Positions 37,351 through 49,906 of a DNA stretch of 64,000 nucleotides are shown piece by piece. The translations under genes were made by a program, and so were the position numbers. Source of the stretch: Eledone cirrhosa (Eukaryota); NCBI GenBank assembly GCA_964016885.1, contig OZ024742.1:348502001-348566000 (forward strand). Direction: 5' to 3'. The notes under the pieces were generated by a model. It saw nothing but the letters and a program-made list of their open reading frames with translations. It had not been told where the DNA came from and ran no database searches. Within the stretch, counting starts at the first letter, position 1, and every line of letters begins with the position of its first letter.

Positions 37351-40300
37351 GTTGAGTTGTTCTTGGACAGCTAAGGTGTTCTACTCAAGTGTAGTTGGAC
37401 ATTTAAGGTGTTCTACTCAGGTGTAGTTGAACAGTTAAGGTGTTCTATTCAGGTGTAGTTGAACAGTTAAGGTGTTCTATTCAGGTGTGGTTGGTTAGTT
37501 AAGGTGGTCTACTCAGGTGTAGATGGATAGTTAAGGTGTTCTACTCAGGTGTAGATGGACAGTTAAGGTGTTCTACTCAGGTCTAGTTGGACAGTTAAGG
37601 TGTTCTACTCAGGTGTGGTTGAACAGTTAAGGTGTTCTACTCAGGTGTGGGTGGACAGCTAAGGTGTTCTACGCAGGTGTGATTGGACAGTTAAGGTGTT
37701 CTACTCAGGTGTGGTTGGACAGCTAAGGTGTTCTACTCAGGTGTAGATGGACAGTTAAGGTGTTCTACTCAGGTGTGGTTGGACAGGTAAGGTGTTCTAC
37801 TCAGGTGTAGGTGGACAGTTAAGGTGTTCTACTGATGTGTGGTTGGTTAGTTAAGGTGTTCTACTCAGGTGTAGTTGGACATTTAAGATGTTCTACGCAG
37901 GTGTAGTTGGACAGTTAATGTGTTCTCCTCATGTGTGATTGGACAGTTAAGGTGTTCTACTGATGCGTGGTTGGTTAGTTAAGGTGTTCTATTCAGGTGT
38001 AGTTGGACAGTTAAGGTGTTCTACTCAGGTGTAGTTGGACAGTTAAGGTGTTCTACTCAGGTGTAGTTGGACAGTTAAGGTGTTCTACTCAGGTGTGATT
38101 GGACAGTTAAGGTGTTCTACTCAGGTGTAGTTGGACAGTTAAGGTGTTCTCCTGATGTGTGGTTGGTTAGTTAAGGTGTTCTACTCAGGTGTAGTTGGAC
38201 ATTTAAGATGTTCTACGCAGGTGTAGTTGGACAGTTAATGTGTTCTCCTCATGTGTGATTGGACAGTTAAGGTGTTCTACTGATGCGTGGTTGGTTAGTT
38301 AAGGTGTTCTATTCAGGTGTAGTTGGACAGTTAAGGTGTTCTACTCAGGTGTAGTTGGACAGTTAAGGTGTTCTACTCAGGTGTAGTTGGACAGTTAAGG
38401 TGTTCTACTCAGGTGTGATTGGACAGTTAAGGTGTTCTACTCAGGTGTAGTTGGACAGTTAAGGTGTTCTACTCAGGTGTGATTGGACAGTTAAAGTGTT
38501 CTACTCAGATGTGGTTGGACAGTTAAGATGTTCTACTGATGTGTGGTTGGTTAGTTAAGGTGTTCTACTCAGGTGTAGTTGAACAGTTAAGGTGTTCTAC
38601 TCAGCTGTGGTTGGACAGTTAAGGTGTTCTACTCAGGTGTGGTTGGACAGTTAAGGTGTTCTACTCAGGTGTAGTTGGACGGTTAAGGTGTTCTCCTGAT
38701 GTGTGGTTGGTTAGTTAAGGTGTTCTACGCAGGTGTAGTTGGACAGTTAAAGTGTTCTACTCAGATGTGGTTGGACAGTTAAGATGTTCTACTGATGTGT
38801 GGTTGGTTAGTTAAGGTGTTCTACTCAGGGGTAGTTGAACAGTTAAGGTGTTCTACTCAGCTGTGGTTGGACAGTTAAGGTGTTCTACTGATGTGTGGTT
38901 GAACAGTTAAGGTGCTCTACTCAGGTGTAGTTGGACATTTAAGGTGTTCTATTCAGGTGTAGTTGGACAGTTAAGGTGTTCTACTGATGTGTGGTTGGTT
39001 AGTTAAGGTGTTCTAATCAGGTGTGGTTGGACAGTTAAGGTGTTCTACTCATGTGTAGTTGAACAGTTAAGGTGTTCTATTCAGGTGTGGTTGGTTAGTT
39101 AATTTGTTCTATTCAGGTGTGGTTGGTTAGTTAAGGTGGTCTACTCAGGTGTAGATGGACAGTTTAGGTGTTCGACTCAGGTGTGGTTGGTTATATAAGG
39201 TGGTCTACTCAGGTGTAGATGGACAGTTAACGTGTTCTACTGATGTGTGGTTGGTTAGTTAAGGTGTTCTACTCAGGTGTGGTTGAACAGTTAAGGTGTT
39301 CTACTCAGGTGTGGTTGGACAGCTAAGGTGTTCTACTCAGGTGTGGTTGGACAGCTAAGGTCTTCTACTCAAGTGTAGTTGGACATTTAAGGTGTTCTAC
39401 TCAGGTGTAGTTGAACAGTTAAGGTGTTCTACTCAGGTGTGGTTGAACAGTTAAGGTGTTCTACACAGGTGTATTTGGACAGTTAAGGTGTTCTACTCAG
39501 GTGTAGTTGAACAGTTAAGGTGTTCTATTCAGGTGTAGTTGGACAGTTAAGGTGTTCTACTCAGGTGTGGTTGAACAGTTAAGGTGTTCTACTGAGGTGT
39601 AGTTGGACAGTTAAGGTGTTGTATTCAGGTGTTGTTGAACAGTTAAGGTGTTCTATTCAGGTGTGGTTGAACAGTTAAGGTGTTCTATTCAGGTGTGGTT
39701 GGACAGTTAAAGTGGTCTACTCAGGTGTGGTTGGTTAGTTAAGGTGTTCTACTCAGGTGTAGTTGATCAGTTAAGGTGTTCTATTCAGGTGTAGTTGGAC
39801 AGTTAAGGTGGTCTACTCAGGTGTAGTTGGACAGTTAAGGTGTTCTACTGATGTGTGGTTGGTTAGTTAAGGTGTTCTACTCAGGTGTAGTTGAACAGTT
39901 AAGGTGTTCTGCTCAGCTGTGGTTGGACAGTTAAGGTGTTCTACTGATGTGTGGTTGGTTAGTTAAGGTGTTCTACTCAGGTGTAGTTGGACAGTTAAGG
40001 TGTTCTACTCAGGTGTGGTTGGACAGTTAACTTGTTCTACTGATGTGTGTTTGGTTAGTTAAGGTGTTCTACTCAGGTGTGGTTGAACAGTTGAGCTGTT
40101 CTACTCAGGTGTGGCTGGACAGCTAAGGTGTTCTACTCAGGTGTGGTTGGACAGTTAAGGTGTTCTACTGATGTGTGTTTGGTTAGTTAAGGTGTTCTAC
40201 TCAGGTGTGGTTGAACAGTTGAGTTGTTCTTGGACAGCTAAGGTGTTCTACTCAAGTGTAGTTGGACATTTAAGGTGTTCTACTCAGGTGTAGTTGAACA

Positions 40301-43300
40301 GTTAAGGTGTTCTATTCAGGTGTAGTTGAACAGTTAAGGTGTTCTATTCAGGTGTGGTTGGTTAGTTAAGGTGGTCTACTCAGGTGTAGATGGATAGTTA
40401 AGGTGTTCTACTCAGGTGTAGATGGACAGTTAAGGTGTTCTACTCAGGTCTAGTTGGACAGTTAAGGTGTTCTACTCAGGTGTGGTTGAACAGTTAAGGT
40501 GTTCTACTCAGGTGTGGGTGGACAGCTAAGGTGTTCTACGCAGGTGTGATTGGACAGTTAAGGTGTTCTACTCAGGTGTGGTTGGACAGCTAAGGTGTTC
40601 TACTCAGGTGTAGATGGACAGTTAAGGTGTTCTACTCAGGTGTGGTTGGACAGGTAAGGTGTTCTACTCAGGTGTAGGTGGACAGTTAAGGTGTTCTACT
40701 GATGTGTGGTTGGTTAGTTAAGGTGTTCTACTCAGGTGTAGTTGGACATTTAAGATGTTCTACGCAGGTGTAGTTGGACAGTTAATGTGTTCTCCTCATG
40801 TGTGATTGGACAGTTAAGGTGTTCTACTGATGCGTGGTTGGTTAGTTAAGGTGTTCTATTCAGGTGTAGTTGGACAGTTAAGGTGTTCTACTCAGGTGTA
40901 GTTGGACAGTTAAGGTGTTCTACTCAGGTGTAGTTGGACAGTTAAGGTGTTCTACTCAGGTGTGATTGGACAGTTAAGGTGTTCTACTCAGGTGTAGTTG
41001 GACAGTTAAGGTGTTCTCCTGATGTGTGGTTGGTTAGTTAAGGTGTTCTACTCAGGTGTAGTTGGACATTTAAGATGTTCTACGCAGGTGTAGTTGGACA
41101 GTTAATGTGTTCTCCTCATGTGTGATTGGACAGTTAAGGTGTTCTACTGATGCGTGGTTGGTTAGTTAAGGTGTTCTATTCAGGTGTAGTTGGACAGTTA
41201 AGGTGTTCTACTCAGGTGTAGTTGGACAGTTAAGGTGTTCTACTCAGGTGTAGTTGGACAGTTAAGGTGTTCTACTCAGGTGTGATTGGACAGTTAAGGT
41301 GTTCTACTCAGGTGTAGTTGGACAGTTAAGGTGTTCTACTCAGGTGTGATTGGACAGTTAAAGTGTTCTACTCAGATGTGGTTGGACAGTTAAGATGTTC
41401 TACTGATGTGTGGTTGGTTAGTTAAGGTGTTCTACTCAGGTGTAGTTGAACAGTTAAGGTGTTCTACTCAGCTGTGGTTGGACAGTTAAGGTGTTCTACT
41501 CAGGTGTGGTTGGACAGTTAAGGTGTTCTACTCAGGTGTAGTTGGACGGTTAAGGTGTTCTCCTGATGTGTGGTTGGTTAGTTAAGGTGTTCTACTCAGG
41601 TGTAGTTGGACATTTAAGATGTTCTACGCAGGTGTAGTTGGACAGTTAATGTGTTCTCCTCATGTGTGATTGGACAGTTAAGGTGTTCTACTGATGCGTG
41701 GTTGGTTAGTTAAGGTGTTCTATTCAGGTGTAGTTGGACAGTTAAGGTGTTCTACTCAGGTGTAGTTGGACAGTTAAGGTGTTCTACTCAGGTGTAGTTG
41801 GACAGTTAAGGTGTTCTACTCAGGTGTGATTGGACAGTTAAGGTGTTCTACTCAGGTGTAGTTGGACAGTTAAGGTGTTCTACTCAGGTGTGATTGGACA
41901 GTTAAAGTGTTCTACTCAGATGTGGTTGGACAGTTAAGATGTTCTACTGATGTGTGGTTGGTTAGTTAAGGTGTTCTACTCAGGTGTAGTTGAACAGTTA
42001 AGGTGTTCTACTCAGCTGTGGTTGGACAGTTAAGGTGTTCTACTCAGGTGTGGTTGGACAGTTAAGGTGTTCTACTCAGGTGTAGTTGGACGGTTAAGGT
42101 GTTCTCCTGATGTGTGGTTGGTTAGTTAAGGTGTTCTACGCAGGTGTAGTTGGACAGTTAAAGTGTTCTACTCAGATGTGGTTGGACAGTTAAGATGTTC
42201 TACTGATGTGTGGTTGGTTAGTTAAGGTGTTCTACTCAGGGGTAGTTGAACAGTTAAGGTGTTCTACTCAGCTGTGGTTGGACAGTTAAGGTGTTCTACT
42301 GATGTGTGGTTGAACAGTTAAGGTGCTCTACTCAGGTGTAGTTGGACATTTAAGGTGTTCTATTCAGGTGTAGTTGGACAGTTAAGGTGTTCTACTGATG
42401 TGTGGTTGGTTAGTTAAGGTGTTCTAATCAGGTGTGGTTGGACAGTTAAGGTGTTCTACTCATGTGTAGTTGAACAGTTAAGGTGTTCTATTCAGGTGTG
42501 GTTGGTTAGTTAATTTGTTCTATTCAGGTGTGGTTGGTTAGTTAAGGTGGTCTACTCAGGTGTAGATGGACAGTTTAGGTGTTCGACTCAGGTGTGGTTG
42601 GTTATATAAGGTGGTCTACTCAGGTGTAGATGGACAGTTAACGTGTTCTACTGATGTGTGGTTGGTTAGTTAAGGTGTTCTACTCAGGTGTGGTTGAACA
42701 GTTAAGGTGTTCTACTCAGGTGTGGTTGGACAGCTAAGGTGTTCTACTCAGGTGTGGTTGGACAGCTAAGGTCTTCTACTCAAGTGTAGTTGGACATTTA
42801 AGGTGTTCTACTCAGGTGTAGTTGAACAGTTAAGGTGTTCTACTCAGGTGTGGTTGAACAGTTAAGGTGTTCTACACAGGTGTATTTGGACAGTTAAGGT
42901 GTTCTACTCAGGTGTAGTTGAACAGATAAGGTGTTCTATTCAGGTGTAGTTGGACAGTTAAGGTGTTCTACTCAGGTGTGGTTGAACAGTTAAGGTGTTC
43001 TACTGAGGTGTAGTTGGACAGTTAAGGTGTTGTATTCAGGTGTTGTTGAACAGTTAAGGTGTTCTATTCAGGTGTGGTTGAACAGTTAAGGTGTTCTATT
43101 CAGGTGTGGTTGGACAGTTAAAGTGGTCTACTCAGGTGTGGTTGGTTAGTTAAGGTGTTCTACTCAGGTGTAGTTGATCAGTTAAGGTGTTCTATTCAGG
43201 TGTAGTTGGACAGTTAAGGTGGTCTACTCAGGTGTAGTTGGACAGTTAAGGTGTTCTACTGATGTGTGGTTGGTTAGTTAACGTGTTCTACTCAGGTGTA

Positions 43301-46300
43301 GTTGAACAGTTAAGGTGTTCTGCTCAGCTGTGGTTGGACAGTTAAGGTGTTCTACTGATGTGTGGTTGGTTAGTTAAGGTGTTCTACTCAGGTGTAGTTG
43401 GACAGTTAAGGTGTTCTACTCAGGTGTGGTTGGACAGTTAACTTGTTCTACTGATGTGTGTTTGGTTAGTTAAGGTGTTCTACTCAGGTGTGGTTGAACA
43501 GTTGAGCTGTTCTACTCAGGTGTGGCTGGACAGCTAAGGTGTTCTACTCAGGTGTGGTTGGACAGTTAAGGTGTTCTACTGATGTGTGTTTGGTTAGTTA
43601 AGGTGTTCTACTCAGGTGTGGTTGAACAGTTGAGTTGTTCTTGGACAGCTAAGGTGTTCTACTCAAGTGTAGTTGGACATTTAAGGTGTTCTACTCAGGT
43701 GTAGTTGAACAGTTAAGGTGTTCTATTCAGGTGTAGTTGAACAGTTAAGGTGTTCTATTCAGGTGTGGTTGGTTAGTTAAGGTGGTCTACTCAGGTGTAG
43801 ATGGATAGTTAAGGTGTTCTACTCAGGTGTAGATGGACAGTTAAGGTGTTCTACTCAGGTCTAGTTGGACAGTTAAGGTGTTCTACTCAGGTGTGGTTGA
43901 ACAGTTAAGGTGTTCTACTCAGGTGTGGGTGGACAGCTAAGGTGTTCTACGCAGGTGTGATTGGACAGTTAAGGTGTTCTACTCAGGTGTGGTTGGACAG
44001 CTAAGGTGTTCTACTCAGGTGTAGATGGACAGTTAAGGTGTTCTACTCAGGTGTGGTTGGACAGGTAAGGTGTTCTACTCAGGTGTAGGTGGACAGTTAA
44101 GGTGTTCTACTGATGTGTGGTTGGTTAGTTAAGGTGTTCTACTCAGGTGTAGTTGGACATTTAAGATGTTCTACGCAGGTGTAGTTGGACAGTTAATGTG
44201 TTCTCCTCATGTGTGATTGGACAGTTAAGGTGTTCTACTGATGCGTGGTTGGTTAGTTAAGGTGTTCTATTCAGGTGTAGTTGGACAGTTAAGGTGTTCT
44301 ACTCAGGTGTAGTTGGACAGTTAAGGTGTTCTACTCAGGTGTAGTTGGACAGTTAAGGTGTTCTACTCAGGTGTGATTGGACAGTTAAGGTGTTCTACTC
44401 AGGTGTAGTTGGACAGTTAAGGTGTTCTCCTGATGTGTGGTTGGTTAGTTAAGGTGTTCTACTCAGGTGTAGTTGGACATTTAAGATGTTCTACGCAGGT
44501 GTAGTTGGACAGTTAATGTGTTCTCCTCATGTGTGATTGGACAGTTAAGGTGTTCTACTGATGCGTGGTTGGTTAGTTAAGGTGTTCTATTCAGGTGTAG
44601 TTGGACAGTTAAGGTGTTCTACTCAGGTGTAGTTGGACAGTTAAGGTGTTCTACTCAGGTGTAGTTGGACAGTTAAGGTGTTCTACTCAGGTGTGATTGG
44701 ACAGTTAAGGTGTTCTACTCAGGTGTAGTTGGACAGTTAAGGTGTTCTACTCAGGTGTGATTGGACAGTTAAAGTGTTCTACTCAGATGTGGTTGGACAG
44801 TTAAGATGTTCTACTGATGTGTGGTTGGTTAGTTAAGGTGTTCTACTCAGGTGTAGTTGAACAGTTAAGGTGTTCTACTCAGCTGTGGTTGGACAGTTAA
44901 GGTGTTCTACTCAGGTGTGGTTGGACAGTTAAGGTGTTCTACTCAGGTGTAGTTGGACGGTTAAGGTGTTCTCCTGATGTGTGGTTGGTTAGTTAAGGTG
45001 TTCTACGCAGGTGTAGTTGGACAGTTAAAGTGTTCTACTCAGATGTGGTTGGACAGTTAAGATGTTCTACTGATGTGTGGTTGGTTAGTTAAGGTGTTCT
45101 ACTCAGGGGTAGTTGAACAGTTAAGGTGTTCTACTCAGCTGTGGTTGGACAGTTAAGGTGTTCTACTGATGTGTGGTTGAACAGTTAAGGTGCTCTACTC
45201 AGGTGTAGTTGGACATTTAAGGTGTTCTATTCAGGTGTAGTTGGACAGTTAAGGTGTTCTACTGATGTGTGGTTGGTTAGTTAAGGTGTTCTAATCAGGT
45301 GTGGTTGGACAGTTAAGGTGTTCTACTCATGTGTAGTTGAACAGTTAAGGTGTTCTATTCAGGTGTGGTTGGTTAGTTAATTTGTTCTATTCAGGTGTGG
45401 TTGGTTAGTTAAGGTGGTCTACTCAGGTGTAGATGGACAGTTTAGGTGTTCGACTCAGGTGTGGTTGGTTATATAAGGTGGTCTACTCAGGTGTAGATGG
45501 ACAGTTAACGTGTTCTACTGATGTGTGGTTGGTTAGTTAAGGTGTTCTACTCAGGTGTGGTTGAACAGTTAAGGTGTTCTACTCAGGTGTGGTTGGACAG
45601 CTAAGGTGTTCTACTCAGGTGTGGTTGGACAGCTAAGGTCTTCTACTCAAGTGTAGTTGGACATTTAAGGTGTTCTACTCAGGTGTAGTTGAACAGTTAA
45701 GGTGTTCTACTCAGGTGTGGTTGAACAGTTAAGGTGTTCTACACAGGTGTATTTGGACAGTTAAGGTGTTCTACTCAGGTGTAGTTGAACAGTTAAGGTG
45801 TTCTATTCAGGTGTAGTTGGACAGTTAAGGTGTTCTACTCAGGTGTGGTTGAACAGTTAAGGTGTTCTACTGAGGTGTAGTTGGACAGTTAAGGTGTTGT
45901 ATTCAGGTGTTGTTGAACAGTTAAGGTGTTCTATTCAGGTGTGGTTGAACAGTTAAGGTGTTCTATTCAGGTGTGGTTGGACAGTTAAAGTGGTCTACTC
46001 AGGTGTGGTTGGTTAGTTAAGGTGTTCTACTCAGGTGTAGTTGATCAGTTAAGGTGTTCTATTCAGGTGTAGTTGGACAGTTAAGGTGGTCTACTCAGGT
46101 GTAGTTGGACAGTTAAGGTGTTCTACTGATGTGTGGTTGGTTAGTTAAGGTGTTCTACTCAGGTGTAGTTGAACAGTTAAGGTGTTCTGCTCAGCTGTGG
46201 TTGGACAGTTAAGGTGTTCTACTGATGTGTGGTTGGTTAGTTAAGGTGTTCTACTCAGGTGTAGTTGGACAGTTAAGGTGTTCTACTCAGGTGTGGTTGG

Positions 46301-49300
46301 ACAGTTAACTTGTTCTACTGATGTGTGTTTGGTTAGTTAAGGTGTTCTACTCAGGTGTGGTTGAACAGTTGAGCTGTTCTACTCAGGTGTGGCTGGACAG
46401 CTAAGGTGTTCTACTCAGGTGTGGTTGGACAGTTAAGGTGTTCTACTGATGTGTGTTTGGTTAGTTAAGGTGTTCTACTCAGGTGTGGTTGAACAGTTGA
46501 GTTGTTCTTGGACAGCTAAGGTGTTCTACTCAAGTGTAGTTGGACATTTAAGGTGTTCTACTCAGGTGTAGTTGAACAGTTAAGGTGTTCTATTCAGGTG
46601 TAGTTGAACAGTTAAGGTGTTCTATTCAGGTGTGGTTGGTTAGTTAAGGTGGTCTACTCAGGTGTAGATGGATAGTTAAGGTGTTCTACTCAGGTGTAGA
46701 TGGACAGTTAAGGTGTTCTACTCAGGTCTAGTTGGACAGTTAAGGTGTTCTACTCAGGTGTGGTTGAACAGTTAAGGTGTTCTACTCAGGTGTGGGTGGA
46801 CAGCTAAGGTGTTCTACGCAGGTGTGATTGGACAGTTAAGGTGTTCTACTCAGGTGTGGTTGGACAGCTAAGGTGTTCTACTCAGGTGTAGATGGACAGT
46901 TAAGGTGTTCTACTCAGGTGTGGTTGGACAGGTAAGGTGTTCTACTCAGGTGTAGGTGGACAGTTAAGGTGTTCTACTGATGTGTGGTTGGTTAGTTAAG
47001 GTGTTCTACTCAGGTGTAGTTGGACATTTAAGATGTTCTACGCAGGTGTAGTTGGACAGTTAATGTGTTCTCCTCATGTGTGATTGGACAGTTAAGGTGT
47101 TCTACTGATGCGTGGTTGGTTAGTTAAGGTGTTCTATTCAGGTGTAGTTGGACAGTTAAGGTGTTCTACTCAGGTGTAGTTGGACAGTTAAGGTGTTCTA
47201 CTCAGGTGTAGTTGGACAGTTAAGGTGTTCTACTCAGGTGTGATTGGACAGTTAAGGTGTTCTACTCAGGTGTAGTTGGACAGTTAAGGTGTTCTCCTGA
47301 TGTGTGGTTGGTTAGTTAAGGTGTTCTACTCAGGTGTAGTTGGACATTTAAGATGTTCTACGCAGGTGTAGTTGGACAGTTAATGTGTTCTCCTCATGTG
47401 TGATTGGACAGTTAAGGTGTTCTACTGATGCGTGGTTGGTTAGTTAAGGTGTTCTATTCAGGTGTAGTTGGACAGTTAAGGTGTTCTACTCAGGTGTAGT
47501 TGGACAGTTAAGGTGTTCTACTCAGGTGTAGTTGGACAGTTAAGGTGTTCTACTCAGGTGTGATTGGACAGTTAAGGTGTTCTACTCAGGTGTAGTTGGA
47601 CAGTTAAGGTGTTCTACTCAGGTGTGATTGGACAGTTAAAGTGTTCTACTCAGATGTGGTTGGACAGTTAAGATGTTCTACTGATGTGTGGTTGGTTAGT
47701 TAAGGTGTTCTACTCAGGTGTAGTTGAACAGTTAAGGTGTTCTACTCAGCTGTGGTTGGACAGTTAAGGTGTTCTACTCAGGTGTGGTTGGACAGTTAAG
47801 GTGTTCTACTCAGGTGTAGTTGGACGGTTAAGGTGTTCTCCTGATGTGTGGTTGGTTAGTTAAGGTGTTCTACTCAGGTGTAGTTGGACATTTAAGATGT
47901 TCTACGCAGGTGTAGTTGGACAGTTAATGTGTTCTCCTCATGTGTGATTGGACAGTTAAGGTGTTCTACTGATGCGTGGTTGGTTAGTTAAGGTGTTCTA
48001 TTCAGGTGTAGTTGGACAGTTAAGGTGTTCTACTCAGGTGTAGTTGGACAGTTAAGGTGTTCTACTCAGGTGTAGTTGGACAGTTAAGGTGTTCTACTCA
48101 GGTGTGATTGGACAGTTAAGGTGTTCTACTCAGGTGTAGTTGGACAGTTAAGGTGTTCTACTCAGGTGTGATTGGACAGTTAAAGTGTTCTACTCAGATG
48201 TGGTTGGACAGTTAAGATGTTCTACTGATGTGTGGTTGGTTAGTTAAGGTGTTCTACTCAGGTGTAGTTGAACAGTTAAGGTGTTCTACTCAGCTGTGGT
48301 TGGACAGTTAAGGTGTTCTACTCAGGTGTGGTTGGACAGTTAAGGTGTTCTACTCAGGTGTAGTTGGACGGTTAAGGTGTTCTCCTGATGTGTGGTTGGT
48401 TAGTTAAGGTGTTCTACGCAGGTGTAGTTGGACAGTTAAAGTGTTCTACTCAGATGTGGTTGGACAGTTAAGATGTTCTACTGATGTGTGGTTGGTTAGT
48501 TAAGGTGTTCTACTCAGGGGTAGTTGAACAGTTAAGGTGTTCTACTCAGCTGTGGTTGGACAGTTAAGGTGTTCTACTGATGTGTGGTTGAACAGTTAAG
48601 GTGCTCTACTCAGGTGTAGTTGGACATTTAAGGTGTTCTATTCAGGTGTAGTTGGACAGTTAAGGTGTTCTACTGATGTGTGGTTGGTTAGTTAAGGTGT
48701 TCTAATCAGGTGTGGTTGGACAGTTAAGGTGTTCTACTCATGTGTAGTTGAACAGTTAAGGTGTTCTATTCAGGTGTGGTTGGTTAGTTAATTTGTTCTA
48801 TTCAGGTGTGGTTGGTTAGTTAAGGTGGTCTACTCAGGTGTAGATGGACAGTTTAGGTGTTCGACTCAGGTGTGGTTGGTTATATAAGGTGGTCTACTCA
48901 GGTGTAGATGGACAGTTAACGTGTTCTACTGATGTGTGGTTGGTTAGTTAAGGTGTTCTACTCAGGTGTGGTTGAACAGTTAAGGTGTTCTACTCAGGTG
49001 TGGTTGGACAGCTAAGGTGTTCTACTCAGGTGTGGTTGGACAGCTAAGGTCTTCTACTCAAGTGTAGTTGGACATTTAAGGTGTTCTACTCAGGTGTAGT
49101 TGAACAGTTAAGGTGTTCTACTCAGGTGTGGTTGAACAGTTAAGGTGTTCTACACAGGTGTATTTGGACAGTTAAGGTGTTCTACTCAGGTGTAGTTGAA
49201 CAGTTAAGGTGTTCTATTCAGGTGTAGTTGGACAGTTAAGGTGTTCTACTCAGGTGTGGTTGAACAGTTAAGGTGTTCTACTGAGGTGTAGTTGGACAGT

Positions 49301-49906
49301 TAAGGTGTTGTATTCAGGTGTTGTTGAACAGTTAAGGTGTTCTATTCAGGTGTGGTTGAACAGTTAAGGTGTTCTATTCAGGTGTGGTTGGACAGTTAAA
49401 GTGGTCTACTCAGGTGTGGTTGGTTAGTTAAGGTGTTCTACTCAGGTGTAGTTGATCAGTTAAGGTGTTCTATTCAGGTGTAGTTGGACAGTTAAGGTGG
49501 TCTACTCAGGTGTAGTTGGACAGTTAAGGTGTTCTACTGATGTGTGGTTGGTTAGTTAACGTGTTCTACTCAGGTGTAGTTGAACAGTTAAGGTGTTCTG
49601 CTCAGCTGTGGTTGGACAGTTAAGGTGTTCTACTGATGTGTGGTTGGTTAGTTAAGGTGTTCTACTCAGGTGTAGTTGGACAGTTAAGGTGTTCTACTCA
49701 GGTGTGGTTGGACAGTTAACTTGTTCTACTGATGTGTGTTTGGTTAGTTAAGGTGTTCTACTCAGGTGTGGTTGAACAGTTGAGCTGTTCTACTCAGGTG
49801 TGGCTGGACAGCTAAGGTGTTCTACTCAGGTGTGGTTGGACAGTTAAGGTGTTCTACTGATGTGTGTTTGGTTAGTTAAGGTGTTCTACTCAGGTGTGGT
49901 TGAACA
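37351..49906 (+). repeat. Two tandem copies of a 6,278-bp super-unit, each made of 2,867-bp + 3,411-bp sub-units (A-B-A-B)
   Basis: 19-bp monomer spacings are 2867, 3411, 2867 and 3411 (89x32+19 and 106x32+19). TCGA lies at 39172, 42583, 45450, 48861 and 51728. A GTTAAC variant is shared only at 43282 and 49560 (+6278). Confidence 0.9.
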
